Below are positions 1 to 8,917 of a DNA stretch of 64,000 nucleotides, piece by piece (positions within the stretch are counted from its first letter, which is position 1; the number at the start of each line of letters is the position of its first letter). The position numbers were made by a program, and so were the translations under genes. The DNA comes from Clostridia bacterium. Lineage in GTDB: Bacteria > Bacillota > Clostridia > Oscillospirales > Acutalibacteraceae. The stretch spans positions 16,011 to 80,010 of the forward strand of contig JAFXCQ010000021.1 of the NCBI GenBank assembly GCA_017521425.1, in the 5' to 3' direction. Under the pieces are notes generated by a model. It saw only the letters and a list, made by a program, of their open reading frames with translations. It had not been told where the DNA came from and made no database searches.

Positions 1-169
1 GAAGCTCCTGATTGAGTTTAATGAGTTCGCCTGTTGAACAAGCAGTAGCTCTTAACTCTTCAATTTGTTCTTTTGAACCGTCAATCCAAACAATTTTGTC
101 AGGCTTAACAAGTTCAACTTTCTCGTCAATCCAAGAAAGAACGCTTTTGTTTGTTGTTAATGCGGACAT
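1..169 (-). CDS. pckG: Phosphoenolpyruvate carboxykinase (GTP), first 56 codons only; gene runs off the left edge of the window
   Basis: Not in the ORF track (under 60 aa). Minus-strand ATG at 167-169, with AGGAGG (rc of 178-183) 8 nt upstream. The translation MSALTTNKSVLSWIDEKVELVKPDKIVWIDGSKEQIEELRATACSTGELIKLNQEL follows the conserved N-terminus of GTP-dependent PEPCK (LSW..E...L..PD.VV..DGS.E....L......G....LN.E). Confidence 0.7.
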   Translation of the reverse strand, partial: MSALTTNKSVLSWIDEKVELVKPDKIVWIDGSKEQIEELRATACSTGELIKLNQEL

Positions 170-263
170 AGTAAATACCTCCTGTGAAAACCAAATTTCA
201 CCAATTTTATACATCTAACATTCTACACTATTTGAAGTCAAATTTCAATAGAAATGAGTAAAA

Positions 264-1187
264 TTATTTAATATATTTATTTGTAAATTCTTCTACTTTA
301 TTCCAATAAAGTTCAGGGTTTACTTTGTAAGAATTTGCGTGTTCTGCTTCAGGTACTACAAGCATCTCTTTTTCTGAAACACAGGCATCAAAATTTTGTT
401 GTAACATTGAGAATGGAACATAGTCATCTTTTTCACCGTGAATGAAAAGAACAGGTGTTTTGCTCTTTTTCAATTGTTCAATTGATGATGCTTGTTTTAA
501 ACTATGACCTTTAAAAATCGAGTGGATATTGCTTGAAGCGTAAAGGGTAGGAAACGCGTTTAATTTATAAGTCTTTTTCAGTTCATATTTGAATTCGTCC
601 CATACACTTGTAAAACCGCAGTCTTCAACAGCACACTTAACATTTTTGGGTAATTCTTCGCCGACTGTCATCATAACTGTTGCACCACCCATAGAAATAC
701 CATGAAGAACAATCTGACATTCAGGGTGTATAGTAACTAAATAGTTAACCCAGTCAACCATATCAAGTCTGTCAAGCCAACCCATAGAAACTGCGTTGTG
801 TTCACTATGGTCGTGACCGCGTAACGCAGGCATAATTACATTGTAGCCCCACTCGTAATATTGTTCTGCTAAGTTTGCCATGTAAAAAGGTTCACAGTTA
901 AATCCGTGAATTAAAATTGCCCACTTATCACTTTCTACAGGGGTTTTAATCATAAATCCGTGAATAGATTTGTTGTCACGGTTTTTTATAACAATATGGT
1001 CAGCTTTTTCTTGAGTTCTTGAAGTATCAGCAGGTGGTTCAGGTTCGTTACCCTTAACCCAGTCTGCAAACTTTGAAAAATGCTTATGCGCACGTGTCAA
1101 AACAAAACCGGTAAATGCAGCACCGGTTATAGCATAAAACGTACCGGCTGCAGCGCCAATCTTTAAAAGCGTTCTCTTTTTACTCAT
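264..1187 (-). CDS. Alpha/beta-fold serine hydrolase with N-terminal membrane anchor
   Basis: 307-aa ORF. It has a hydrophobic N-terminal helix, a HGISMGG nucleophile elbow (GxSxG), and later D and H residues in the usual alpha/beta hydrolase order. Confidence 0.75.
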   Translation of the reverse strand: MSKKRTLLKIGAAAGTFYAITGAAFTGFVLTRAHKHFSKFADWVKGNEPEPPADTSRTQEKADHIVIKNRDNKSIHGFMIKTPVESDKWAILIHGFNCEPFYMANLAEQYYEWGYNVIMPALRGHDHSEHNAVSMGWLDRLDMVDWVNYLVTIHPECQIVLHGISMGGATVMMTVGEELPKNVKCAVEDCGFTSVWDEFKYELKKTYKLNAFPTLYASSNIHSIFKGHSLKQASSIEQLKKSKTPVLFIHGEKDDYVPFSMLQQNFDACVSEKEMLVVPEAEHANSYKVNPELYWNKVEEFTNKYIK

Positions 1188-1388
1188 AAAATCACCTTTT
1201 GTTTTTTTGTTAGTTATATTATATATTTTTTGCTTTATTATTTCAATTGGTAAACAGAGAAAATTTGTGAACTGAATATTAAGAATTAAAAATTTTGAGT
1301 TTTAATTTTTAAAATTCTTTTTAGATAGAAAATTTGATTGCTTTTTTATATGTAGTGTGATAAAATAGCTTGGAATGGGGGTATTCCT

Positions 1389-2276
1389 ATGGCTAATGAT
1401 GTAATTTTTAAAACAAAAGCATTCGGTGGTTTTAATAAAGAAGAAGTAATGACTTACATAAACCGCCTTATTTAAGAGAAAGAAGAACTTGAAAATAAGT
1501 GTAAAGAACTTACTGACGAAAAGAATGATTTGAAAAATGAAGTTTCAGAAATTTCTCAGAAGTTAAAAGAAACAGAAGAAAAGGTTACTAAATCTGCAGA
1601 AGAGTATGAGAAACTTTCAAAAATTTTAGAAGCTGAAAGAGAAGTAAGAGATGCAGTTTGTAAAGAAAAAGATGAATTTAGTGTAGAAATTTTAAAACTT
1701 AATAAAGAACTTAATGAACTTAAAAACAAACCTGTTTTAAGTGAAGAGGACGCAGAAGTTCTTAAAGCAGAAAATTCTAAATTGAAAGCAGAATGTGACA
1801 AGTTAAAAGCTATGGAACAACAAGTTGGTGCTGCTATGCTTGACGCAAGACTTCGTTCAGATGAACTTGTAAAGGAAGCTGAAGAAAAAGCAAACCTTGT
1901 TAGAAAAGATGTTTATGATGCAATTGGTGATACCGCTTTAAAAATTGATGAGCTTTCCGGTGGTATTACTGAAATTGCCCGTAACTTCACAAAGGCAGTC
2001 AGTGAAGTTGAAATGAGAATAAGTGTTCTTACAGGTAATATGAGTAAGACTGCACAGGCTCTTATTTCTAACAATTTAGAAACATCACCTTTAAGAAAAC
2101 AGAATGCAGTAGTACCGGATTCAGATGTCACATATAACGATTTGGTAAGTGATGTTGAGCAGAGTATTGCAGATTCTGTAACTGAGGCAGAGCAGGAAAT
2201 TGCAAGTGTTAAAGAATCTTTTTCTGATGACGAACAAAAAGCAAAAATCAAAATTAAGGCAAAGCCGGTAGAGTAA
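1389..2276 (+). pseudogene. DivIVA-like coiled-coil protein interrupted by an in-frame TAA at 1473-1475 (the intact ORF in the track is 1530-2276)
   Basis: ATG 1389 gives MANDVIFKTKAFGGFNKEEVMTYINRLI and then TAA. The same frame continues EKEELENKCKELTDEKNDLKNEVSE into the 248-aa E/K-rich coiled-coil ORF. F..GGF.KEEV..YI..L is a DivIVA-type N-terminal motif. No ATG or good RBS follows the stop. Confidence 0.5.
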
Positions 2277-2277
2277 A

Positions 2278-2808
2278 TTGAAAGAATATTATCTTAATAC
2301 AAGTAATATAAATGAATGGGTAGAAGTATTGAAAAAAGGCGATAGAGTTTATTTGAGTGGTACTATTTATACCGCGAGAGATGCAGCTCATAAAAAAATA
2401 GTTGCTCTTCTTAAAGAAAATAAGCAATTACCTTTCGAGCTTCAGAATTCTATCATTTATTATGCAGGCCCTACACCTGCAAAAAACAACCTTGCTATTG
2501 GTAGCATTGGTCCTACAACATCTTCAAGAATGGATGTCTTTACACCTTTACTTTTAAAAAATGGTCTTAAAGCTATGATAGGTAAAGGTGGCAGAAGTGA
2601 AGAGGTTGTAAACTCGATAGTAAAAGAAAAGGCTGTTTATTTTGCTGCAGTAGGTGGTGCGGGTGCACTTTATTCTGGTGCGGTTACAGAGTGTGAGGTA
2701 ATTGCATTCGAAGAACTTGGTTGTGAATCAGTAAAAAGATTAACTATTAAAGATTTTCCATTGACTGTTGCTATCGACAGCTTTGGTAACTCTCTTTTTG
2801 AAAGGTGA
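2278..2808 (+). CDS. Class I (Fe-S) fumarate hydratase / L(+)-tartrate dehydratase, beta subunit
   Basis: 176-aa ORF with a TTG start 2 nt after the upstream stop. The motifs GTIYTARDAAHKK, IYYAGPTP, GPTTSSRMD and IGKGG are typical of the beta-type catalytic domain. Confidence 0.75.
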   Translation: MKEYYLNTSNINEWVEVLKKGDRVYLSGTIYTARDAAHKKIVALLKENKQLPFELQNSIIYYAGPTPAKNNLAIGSIGPTTSSRMDVFTPLLLKNGLKAMIGKGGRSEEVVNSIVKEKAVYFAAVGGAGALYSGAVTECEVIAFEELGCESVKRLTIKDFPLTVAIDSFGNSLFER

Positions 2809-2957
2809 GTAATTATTAAACAAATCAATTATTTTGAGATGTTGAAAAAATTATCGTCTTTAAATTATGAGATGTTTTGTAAATCAATAAAAAATCAACC
2901 AATAAGCAAAGAAAAAATAGATTTAATTCATTACAGGAAGAAATTTATAATAACCTG

Positions 2958-3308
2958 TTGGGTGAATTTATTTCACCAATAGAAAGAGAAGACATTTTTA
3001 TACTACAAAAAAGGCTCGAGGAAGAATTTTTAATGATTTGTTCCTTTAGCCTTTTTAATAAGAGTAATTTTTTTGATTTTTCGAGTATAGAAATTCTTTT
3101 AAAAGGTAATGTTGCGGTGTTTGAAGAGTTAAAAAACTTTAAAAATCCGAGAAAACTTTTAAGATTACTAAGAGAAAACAAGAAATCTGTTGTTAAACTC
3201 TTAACTTCAGAGGAATATAATTTTGAAAAATCAAAAGTATTAAAAATTGTACAAAAAATTTTTAATACATTAACTGAAATCGAAAGAATAATTTTAAATA
3301 ATAATTAG
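2958..3308 (+). CDS. Hypothetical protein, tentatively DUF47/PhoU_div-like; the N-terminus may lie in another frame (see findings)
   Basis: 116-aa ORF. F.SPIEREDIF.L...LEE resembles the DUF47 signature (F.tP.dREDI..L). The same frame stays open back to 2883 without a start codon. An ATG ORF (2839-2982) lies in the +1-shifted frame. Confidence 0.35.
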   Translation: MGEFISPIEREDIFILQKRLEEEFLMICSFSLFNKSNFFDFSSIEILLKGNVAVFEELKNFKNPRKLLRLLRENKKSVVKLLTSEEYNFEKSKVLKIVQKIFNTLTEIERIILNNN

Positions 3309-3320
3309 GGTGTAAAAGAT

Positions 3321-5771
3321 ATGGAGTTTACAGAGTTAAGAAGAAATCTTATTTTAAAAGAGTTTTCACGAATGAATGATGTTCAGAAAAGAGCAGTTTT
3401 TGGTATAAATGGTGCAACTTTAATTCTTGCGGGTGCGGGTAGCGGTAAAACTACTGTGCTTGTAAACAGAATTGCTTATATGATTAAATATGGTAATGCA
3501 TACGAATCAAGCTTTACATACAGAGTGCCGACAGATGAAGATTGTAAAGAACTTGAAGAGTTGATTGAAAATGGTGGCGAGCCATCATTTAGCTTAAAGC
3601 CGCTTCTTTCTGTTGATGCACCAAAACCATGGCAGATTCTTGCAATTACATTCACTAATAAAGCGGCAAATGAATTAAAAGACAGACTTGTTGCAATGCT
3701 TGGTGAAGATGGTAACGATATCTGGGCGAGCACATTCCACTCTTGTTGTGTGAGAATTTTAAGAAAAGATTGCGACAGAATAGGCTTTTCTAAGCATTTT
3801 ACAATATATGATACAGATGACTCAAAAAGAGTTATGAAAGAAGTTTTAAGAGTATTAGATATTGATGAAAAGAGGCTTCCCGTAAAATTTGTGCTTTCAG
3901 AAATAAGTAAAGCAAAGGATTCTTTAATGACACCGCGCGATTATATAGAAAGTGCGGGGTATGATAACAATAAAAAACTCATTGGACAAGCATTTGAAAA
4001 GTATGAAAATATGCTCAAAAATGCTGATGCTATGGACTTTGACGATATTATTGTAAATGCAGTTAAATTACTTAAAGAAAACCCTGACGTTTTGTCTTAT
4101 TATCAGAACCGTTTTCGTTATGTAATGGTTGACGAGTATCAGGATACTAACCAGGCACAATATATGCTCACATCTTTACTTGCGGGTGGTTACAAAAATA
4201 TTTGCGTTGTTGGTGATGACGACCAGAGTATTTACAAATTCCGTGGTGCTACTATTGAAAATATTCTTTCTTTTGAAAATCAGTATGAAGACACACGAGT
4301 AATCCGCCTTGAGCAGAATTACCGTTCAACTTCTGTTATTCTTGATGCGGCAAATGCCGTTATTAAAAATAACCAGGGCAGGAAGGGCAAAACTCTCTGG
4401 ACTGAAAAAGAGGGTGGCGACAAAATTGTTGTCAGAATTCTTAATGATGAACGTGACGAAGGTCGTTTTGTTGCAGATGAAATCTTAAATGCGGTAGCGG
4501 TAGGCAGGAAGCTTTCAGACTTTGCAATTCTTTACAGAACAAATGCGCAGTCAAGCAGTATTGAACGAGCTTTAGTTTATAATGCTGTGCCATATAAGGT
4601 AGTTGGTGGTCACCGTTTCTATGAGCGTAAAGAAATTAAAGATGTTTTAGCATATTTAAGTGTTATTGCAAATCCTTCAGATACTGTAAGACTCAGAAGA
4701 ATTATAAATGAGCCCAAAAGGGGAATAGGCGACACTACAATAAACAATGCGGCATCTATTGCCGATAATTTAGGTATGACTCTTTTTGAAGTAATATCTA
4801 ATGCGAGTGAATATCCGATGCTTTCTCGTGCAAGTGCTAAATTAAGTGAATTTACATCACTTATAAGTAAATTGGTTGAGTCACTTGAAACAAAGCCGAT
4901 TGCCGATTTCTTTGACGATGTTATCAATGAAACTGGGTATATGAGTTCATTAGATCTTGACAAAGAAACTGCAGAAGAACGCAAAGCCAATGTTATGGAA
5001 CTTCTTGCAAACTTACTTCGATATATGGAAGAAAATGAAGATGGAACTCTTACAGGCTTCCTTGAAGAAGTTGCTTTAATGACAGATTTGGACAACTATA
5101 ACCAGGATTCTGAATCTGTTGTAATGATGACGTTACACTCTGCAAAAGGTCTTGAATTTCCTGTAGTATTTATTGTTGGTATTGAAGAAGGTCTTTTCCC
5201 GGGAAATCAGGTAATGTATGACCCAAGCGAGGTTGAAGAGGAAAGACGACTTTGTTATGTTGGTATTACACGTGCAAAAGAAAAGCTTTATTTAACAAAC
5301 GCCCGTTCAAGAATGTTGTTTGGTAATACTTCATTTACTCGTCCATCAAGATTTTTAACAGAGATTCCTACTGAACTTATGGATGAAAAATCACCATTTA
5401 ACCAACCACAGAGAACTGCAACTTCATTTGGTAGTACTTATAGTGGCTCGTCTTATGGTGGTGGATTTTCTCGTGGTACATCTTCCACTACAAGAAGTGC
5501 ATCACAGAGTAAACCAACTTCTATTCCATCAAAATCTGCACCAGACCCGAAATATTCAAGAGGCTTCAGTGGTATAGGGAATAAGACTGCAAATGCAAGT
5601 AATGTTACTCTTGACTTTAAAGTCGGCGATTCAGTAGAGCATAAAGCATTCGGTAAAGGTCTTATTGTCAGCGCAAAAGCTATGGGTGGCGATATGCTCT
5701 TAGAAGTTGCGTTCGATAATGTAGGCACGAAAAAGCTTATGGCAAAAATGGCAAAGCTTACAAAGATATAA
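3321..5771 (+). CDS. pcrA: ATP-dependent DNA helicase PcrA (UvrD family)
   Basis: 816 aa. It has Walker A AGAGSGKTTVL, DEYQDTN, VGDDDQSIYKFRGA, QNYRS and TLHSAKGLEFPVVF. A Ser/Gly/Thr-rich linker precedes a C-terminal Tudor-like domain (VGDSVEHKAFGKG). Confidence 0.95.
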   Translation: MEFTELRRNLILKEFSRMNDVQKRAVFGINGATLILAGAGSGKTTVLVNRIAYMIKYGNAYESSFTYRVPTDEDCKELEELIENGGEPSFSLKPLLSVDAPKPWQILAITFTNKAANELKDRLVAMLGEDGNDIWASTFHSCCVRILRKDCDRIGFSKHFTIYDTDDSKRVMKEVLRVLDIDEKRLPVKFVLSEISKAKDSLMTPRDYIESAGYDNNKKLIGQAFEKYENMLKNADAMDFDDIIVNAVKLLKENPDVLSYYQNRFRYVMVDEYQDTNQAQYMLTSLLAGGYKNICVVGDDDQSIYKFRGATIENILSFENQYEDTRVIRLEQNYRSTSVILDAANAVIKNNQGRKGKTLWTEKEGGDKIVVRILNDERDEGRFVADEILNAVAVGRKLSDFAILYRTNAQSSSIERALVYNAVPYKVVGGHRFYERKEIKDVLAYLSVIANPSDTVRLRRIINEPKRGIGDTTINNAASIADNLGMTLFEVISNASEYPMLSRASAKLSEFTSLISKLVESLETKPIADFFDDVINETGYMSSLDLDKETAEERKANVMELLANLLRYMEENEDGTLTGFLEEVALMTDLDNYNQDSESVVMMTLHSAKGLEFPVVFIVGIEEGLFPGNQVMYDPSEVEEERRLCYVGITRAKEKLYLTNARSRMLFGNTSFTRPSRFLTEIPTELMDEKSPFNQPQRTATSFGSTYSGSSYGGGFSRGTSSTTRSASQSKPTSIPSKSAPDPKYSRGFSGIGNKTANASNVTLDFKVGDSVEHKAFGKGLIVSAKAMGGDMLLEVAFDNVGTKKLMAKMAKLTKI

Positions 5772-5812
5772 AAAAGTACGGATTTTGATAATTCAAAATC
5801 CGTACTTTTTTT
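5771..5812. terminator. Bidirectional rho-independent terminator between convergent pcrA and the GH5 gene
   Basis: A perfect 18-bp stem (5771-5788 aaaaagtacggattttga pairs with 5793-5810 tcaaaatccgtacttttt) with a 4-nt loop. An A-run lies on one side and a T-run on the other. Confidence 0.85.
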
Positions 5813-7289
5813 ATAATATTATTTCAACATTATGCTTACCAACACCGGTACTGAAAATAACATCACTACCAATATTCCCGTTGTGCTTTTTGATTTCAAT
5901 ATCTGTTAATTCTACGCCGTCAATTAAAATCTTTTTAGCATCTGACGGAATGTAAACAATGTTAGGTACTGTAAATTCTTTGTCCTGTGTGAATTTGAGA
6001 GTAAATATACCATTTACATAGTCATATTTATATTCATCAATAAAACCTGTAATTGCTTTCGGGTAAGGTCTTGTAAGAAGTTTAATAAAATCTTCATTTA
6101 AAATGCCCTCAAAGTAGCACCAGTATGTATTGCTCCATTTGTAAGCATTAAATTTATCGAGTAAAAATCTGAAATGTGGGTACCAACCGTCACCCTCGGC
6201 GTGAGAGCCCCATTCACCAACAATACAAGGAATATTTAGTCTTTCCTGAGTTCTTCTGTGCTCGTCAAAAATCATACCTGTTCTTGAGTTGTTGGCATAT
6301 TTGTACGCAGGAGTGTCAACCATTAAGTCATAAGCGTGTGGTGCAAAGCATTGTTGTTCTTTTTTACCATTAACAGTAATTGGAGTGTTACAACAAGGAA
6401 TACCCATATTTGAGTAGTAGCAGTTATCAACAAACATAATACCTTTATCTGTAACTTCTCTTACTGCCTCAGCCATTTTACAAAGGTAAGGTGAGTATTT
6501 TTCTTCGTCGAATTTTCTTACAAGCTCACTGCAGGGTTCTACTATTTTCCCGAATACATCTGCTGTGTATTGGTCAAGTGCTTTCGGTTTTTCTTTGCCT
6601 AAACCTTCTTTTGCCATTTCTAAAAGATTAACTCTTTTATCAGTAACAGAAACTTTAATAAGATTACCAATTAACTTTTTAAAGATTTTACCGCCATCAG
6701 AACCAGGGAATGGTTCGTTTAAAAAATCGAAACCAAAGAACGACTCTTTGCCTGCAAGTTTACTTGCAACATATTTCCACATATTTGCGTGGTAATCCTG
6801 AAGTCCTTTACCGTTATATTGCTTATTTGCCCAGAAATTATCAAATGCTCTGTGACAAGCTTTGCCCCAGAAATAACCCTCTGCCCATACTGCAATAGGC
6901 TTTTTAGGTGTGTACTGGTCATAAAGTGTAGCCCATTTAGGTGCACCGTCGCCACCGCCGGGGTTTTCACCGGAATATAAGTCCTGATGCCCGTCTAAAT
7001 AAACATAAATATCATTTTCTGCACACTTGTCCATAAATTTTGCAAGTGTGTCTATAGCTTTATCGTTATAGTTTTCTGGCTTTGGCTCAATTTTTGCCCA
7101 GGTAAAGCCAAGTCTTATCATATTAAAGCCACGTGCTTTGAATTCTTCGAATGGGAAAGTGTCGGGGTTGTGGCAGTAATCTTCAAGTTCATTAAATGTT
7201 GACTTATCAACAACATTCATACCATTAAAAATTCTTTCTCTGCCGTGTTCATCAACAAACCTTAAATTATCGGTAAAAATTTTATCCAT
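5811..7289 (-). CDS. Glycoside hydrolase family 5 (endoglycoceramidase/glucosylceramidase-like)
   Basis: 492 aa. It has FNMIRLGFTWAKIEP, YVYLDGHQDLYS, FDFLNEP (acid/base Glu in NEP) and VGEWG (nucleophile Glu). Confidence 0.75.
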   Translation of the reverse strand: MDKIFTDNLRFVDEHGRERIFNGMNVVDKSTFNELEDYCHNPDTFPFEEFKARGFNMIRLGFTWAKIEPKPENYNDKAIDTLAKFMDKCAENDIYVYLDGHQDLYSGENPGGGDGAPKWATLYDQYTPKKPIAVWAEGYFWGKACHRAFDNFWANKQYNGKGLQDYHANMWKYVASKLAGKESFFGFDFLNEPFPGSDGGKIFKKLIGNLIKVSVTDKRVNLLEMAKEGLGKEKPKALDQYTADVFGKIVEPCSELVRKFDEEKYSPYLCKMAEAVREVTDKGIMFVDNCYYSNMGIPCCNTPITVNGKKEQQCFAPHAYDLMVDTPAYKYANNSRTGMIFDEHRRTQERLNIPCIVGEWGSHAEGDGWYPHFRFLLDKFNAYKWSNTYWCYFEGILNEDFIKLLTRPYPKAITGFIDEYKYDYVNGIFTLKFTQDKEFTVPNIVYIPSDAKKILIDGVELTDIEIKKHNGNIGSDVIFSTGVGKHNVEIIL

Positions 7290-7307
7290 AATAACCTCCT
7301 GTAAAAG

Positions 7308-8534
7308 TCATTTTGTTTCAATGAAGAGTGGCTTATAAGAAGTACCACTTTCAAAGAAATTGTTTGCTTTAATTATTACTGTGTATTTTGTGTCAGGTTT
7401 TAAATCATCAACTGTAACAGAAAGTGTTTCAGGCATATTGTAGAAGTAATATTCAGACCAAAGACCTATTCTCTTTACAATTAAATCAGTTGCGGTTTCT
7501 TTAACTGTAATTATGTAATCATTTACATAATATTCGTCAGATGGTTTTGCCTGTGAGAAAGTAAGTGTAAACTGATTTGAATTAACTTCTGTAAATTCAG
7601 CTTTAAAATCATCAGGGAAATATGGTGCTTTCGAGTTTTTGTAGCGAATTGCATCGGTGTATTTAAATGAGTCAGGGTCACAAGGTGTATCAATTTCCCA
7701 CACCATAGGAAAGAAATTTTCTGTAAGAATATCATAAGGGTAAATTCTTACCTGACCTTTGTCATTCGCTTCAACTATAAGCATCTGAGCACAGTTGTTG
7801 TCTTGAGGAGGAACTGTTCCGTAATATTTATCAAATTCGTCAAGTTCAAAGTAGCTTAACGAACCTGTACCGAGCGCAGTAAAATGCTTCTGATAAATTG
7901 AACGAGGGTCGTTAATAGGTACATGTGAGTGACCTGAAAAGTCAAACACCTGTGGGTAGTTCATAAGAATAGGGTAGAGTGATTCGTCACCCCAGTAAAT
8001 ACTACCTGAAACTGTGTCAGTAATGTGTGGATGCTGGAAGAAGAAAATAGGCTTGTTTGGGGCATCTTCGCGAGCTTTTTTGAGTTCTGTTCTTGCGTAA
8101 TCTCGTTTAGTATCATTAAAATCACAACCATTAGTGGTTGTAAGACTTATAAAGTGGAAACCATTTATAACTCTGTGGTCATCATGTGGTAAATTGAAAA
8201 TTTCGGTGAATCTTTTAAGAGCTGCTTCTTCACCGCCATTGTCACGATTAAATTCGTGACTTGCAAGTGTAAGACAGTATTGTGTTTCCGGTTTTATATT
8301 ATCATCAAGTGTTTTCTTGAATTTTTTCATTTGTGTTTCTGTACCACTGTTTGCAAAGTCACCAACAACATAAATTGCATCTAATTTTTTATAAGTATCT
8401 GAGCTTTCTGTTATTTCATAAGCGAGCTCAATACCACGTTTCATTCTTTTTTCTTCAATACAGTCGTCATCCTTATAGTGAACATCACTTACAACCATAA
8501 ATCTTATGGTTGGGTTAAAATCTTTTTGCAACAT
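7308..8534 (-). CDS. Calcineurin-like metallophosphoesterase with a C-terminal FN3-like beta domain
   Basis: 408 aa. It has the ordered metallophosphoesterase motifs VSDVHY, VVGDFANSG, SHEFN, FFQHPH and GHSHVP. The C-terminal ~100 aa are beta-rich (TVDDLKPDTKYTV). Confidence 0.7.
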   Translation of the reverse strand: MLQKDFNPTIRFMVVSDVHYKDDDCIEEKRMKRGIELAYEITESSDTYKKLDAIYVVGDFANSGTETQMKKFKKTLDDNIKPETQYCLTLASHEFNRDNGGEEAALKRFTEIFNLPHDDHRVINGFHFISLTTTNGCDFNDTKRDYARTELKKAREDAPNKPIFFFQHPHITDTVSGSIYWGDESLYPILMNYPQVFDFSGHSHVPINDPRSIYQKHFTALGTGSLSYFELDEFDKYYGTVPPQDNNCAQMLIVEANDKGQVRIYPYDILTENFFPMVWEIDTPCDPDSFKYTDAIRYKNSKAPYFPDDFKAEFTEVNSNQFTLTFSQAKPSDEYYVNDYIITVKETATDLIVKRIGLWSEYYFYNMPETLSVTVDDLKPDTKYTVIIKANNFFESGTSYKPLFIETK

Positions 8535-8713
8535 AAACTGAACCTCCTGAACATATACAATAAAATTATAACATTTATAGCAAAAATTTACAACTGTTAA
8601 AGTGTAGAATTACAAAGTGAAAATTTAGTAAAAAGTTTCATAAAACGTATTTATTTTTTATTTTGTTTATGTTATACTATTTCAGAAGTTTAAAAGTTAA
8701 GGAGCGTAAAAAT

Positions 8714-8917
8714 ATGCAAATTTCAAAAGATACAGTTATCGGTACAATTCTTGATTCTGCACCAGAAACAGCACCATTCTTTTTAGAAATGGGTATGCAT
8801 TGTTTAGGTTGTCCTTCTGCTCGTAGTGAAACAGTAGCGCAGGCTTGTATGGTTCACGGCGTTAATGCAGATGACTTGGTTTCAAAAATCAATGCATTTC
8901 TTGCAGAAAACAAATAA
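8714..8917 (+). CDS. DUF1858 / hybrid-cluster-protein-associated redox disulfide domain protein
   Basis: ATG 8714 lies after AAGGAG (8699-8704). The 67-aa product contains GMHCLGCP. Its stop overlaps the trmK ATG (TAATG). Confidence 0.6.
   Translation: MQISKDTVIGTILDSAPETAPFFLEMGMHCLGCPSARSETVAQACMVHGVNADDLVSKINAFLAENK

Noticed and set aside
12-218. 68-aa plus-strand ORF at the window start
   Set aside because: The opposite strand encodes a well-matching PEPCK (GTP) N-terminus with a strong AGGAGG RBS. The plus-strand ORF is Ser/Leu-rich antisense noise.
3321-5771. UvrD-family helicase as part of a defence system (Gabija-like or similar)
   Set aside because: It has the full PcrA motif set plus the RNA-polymerase-binding Tudor-like C-terminus, and there is no adjacent nuclease or ATPase partner. 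It is the housekeeping pcrA.
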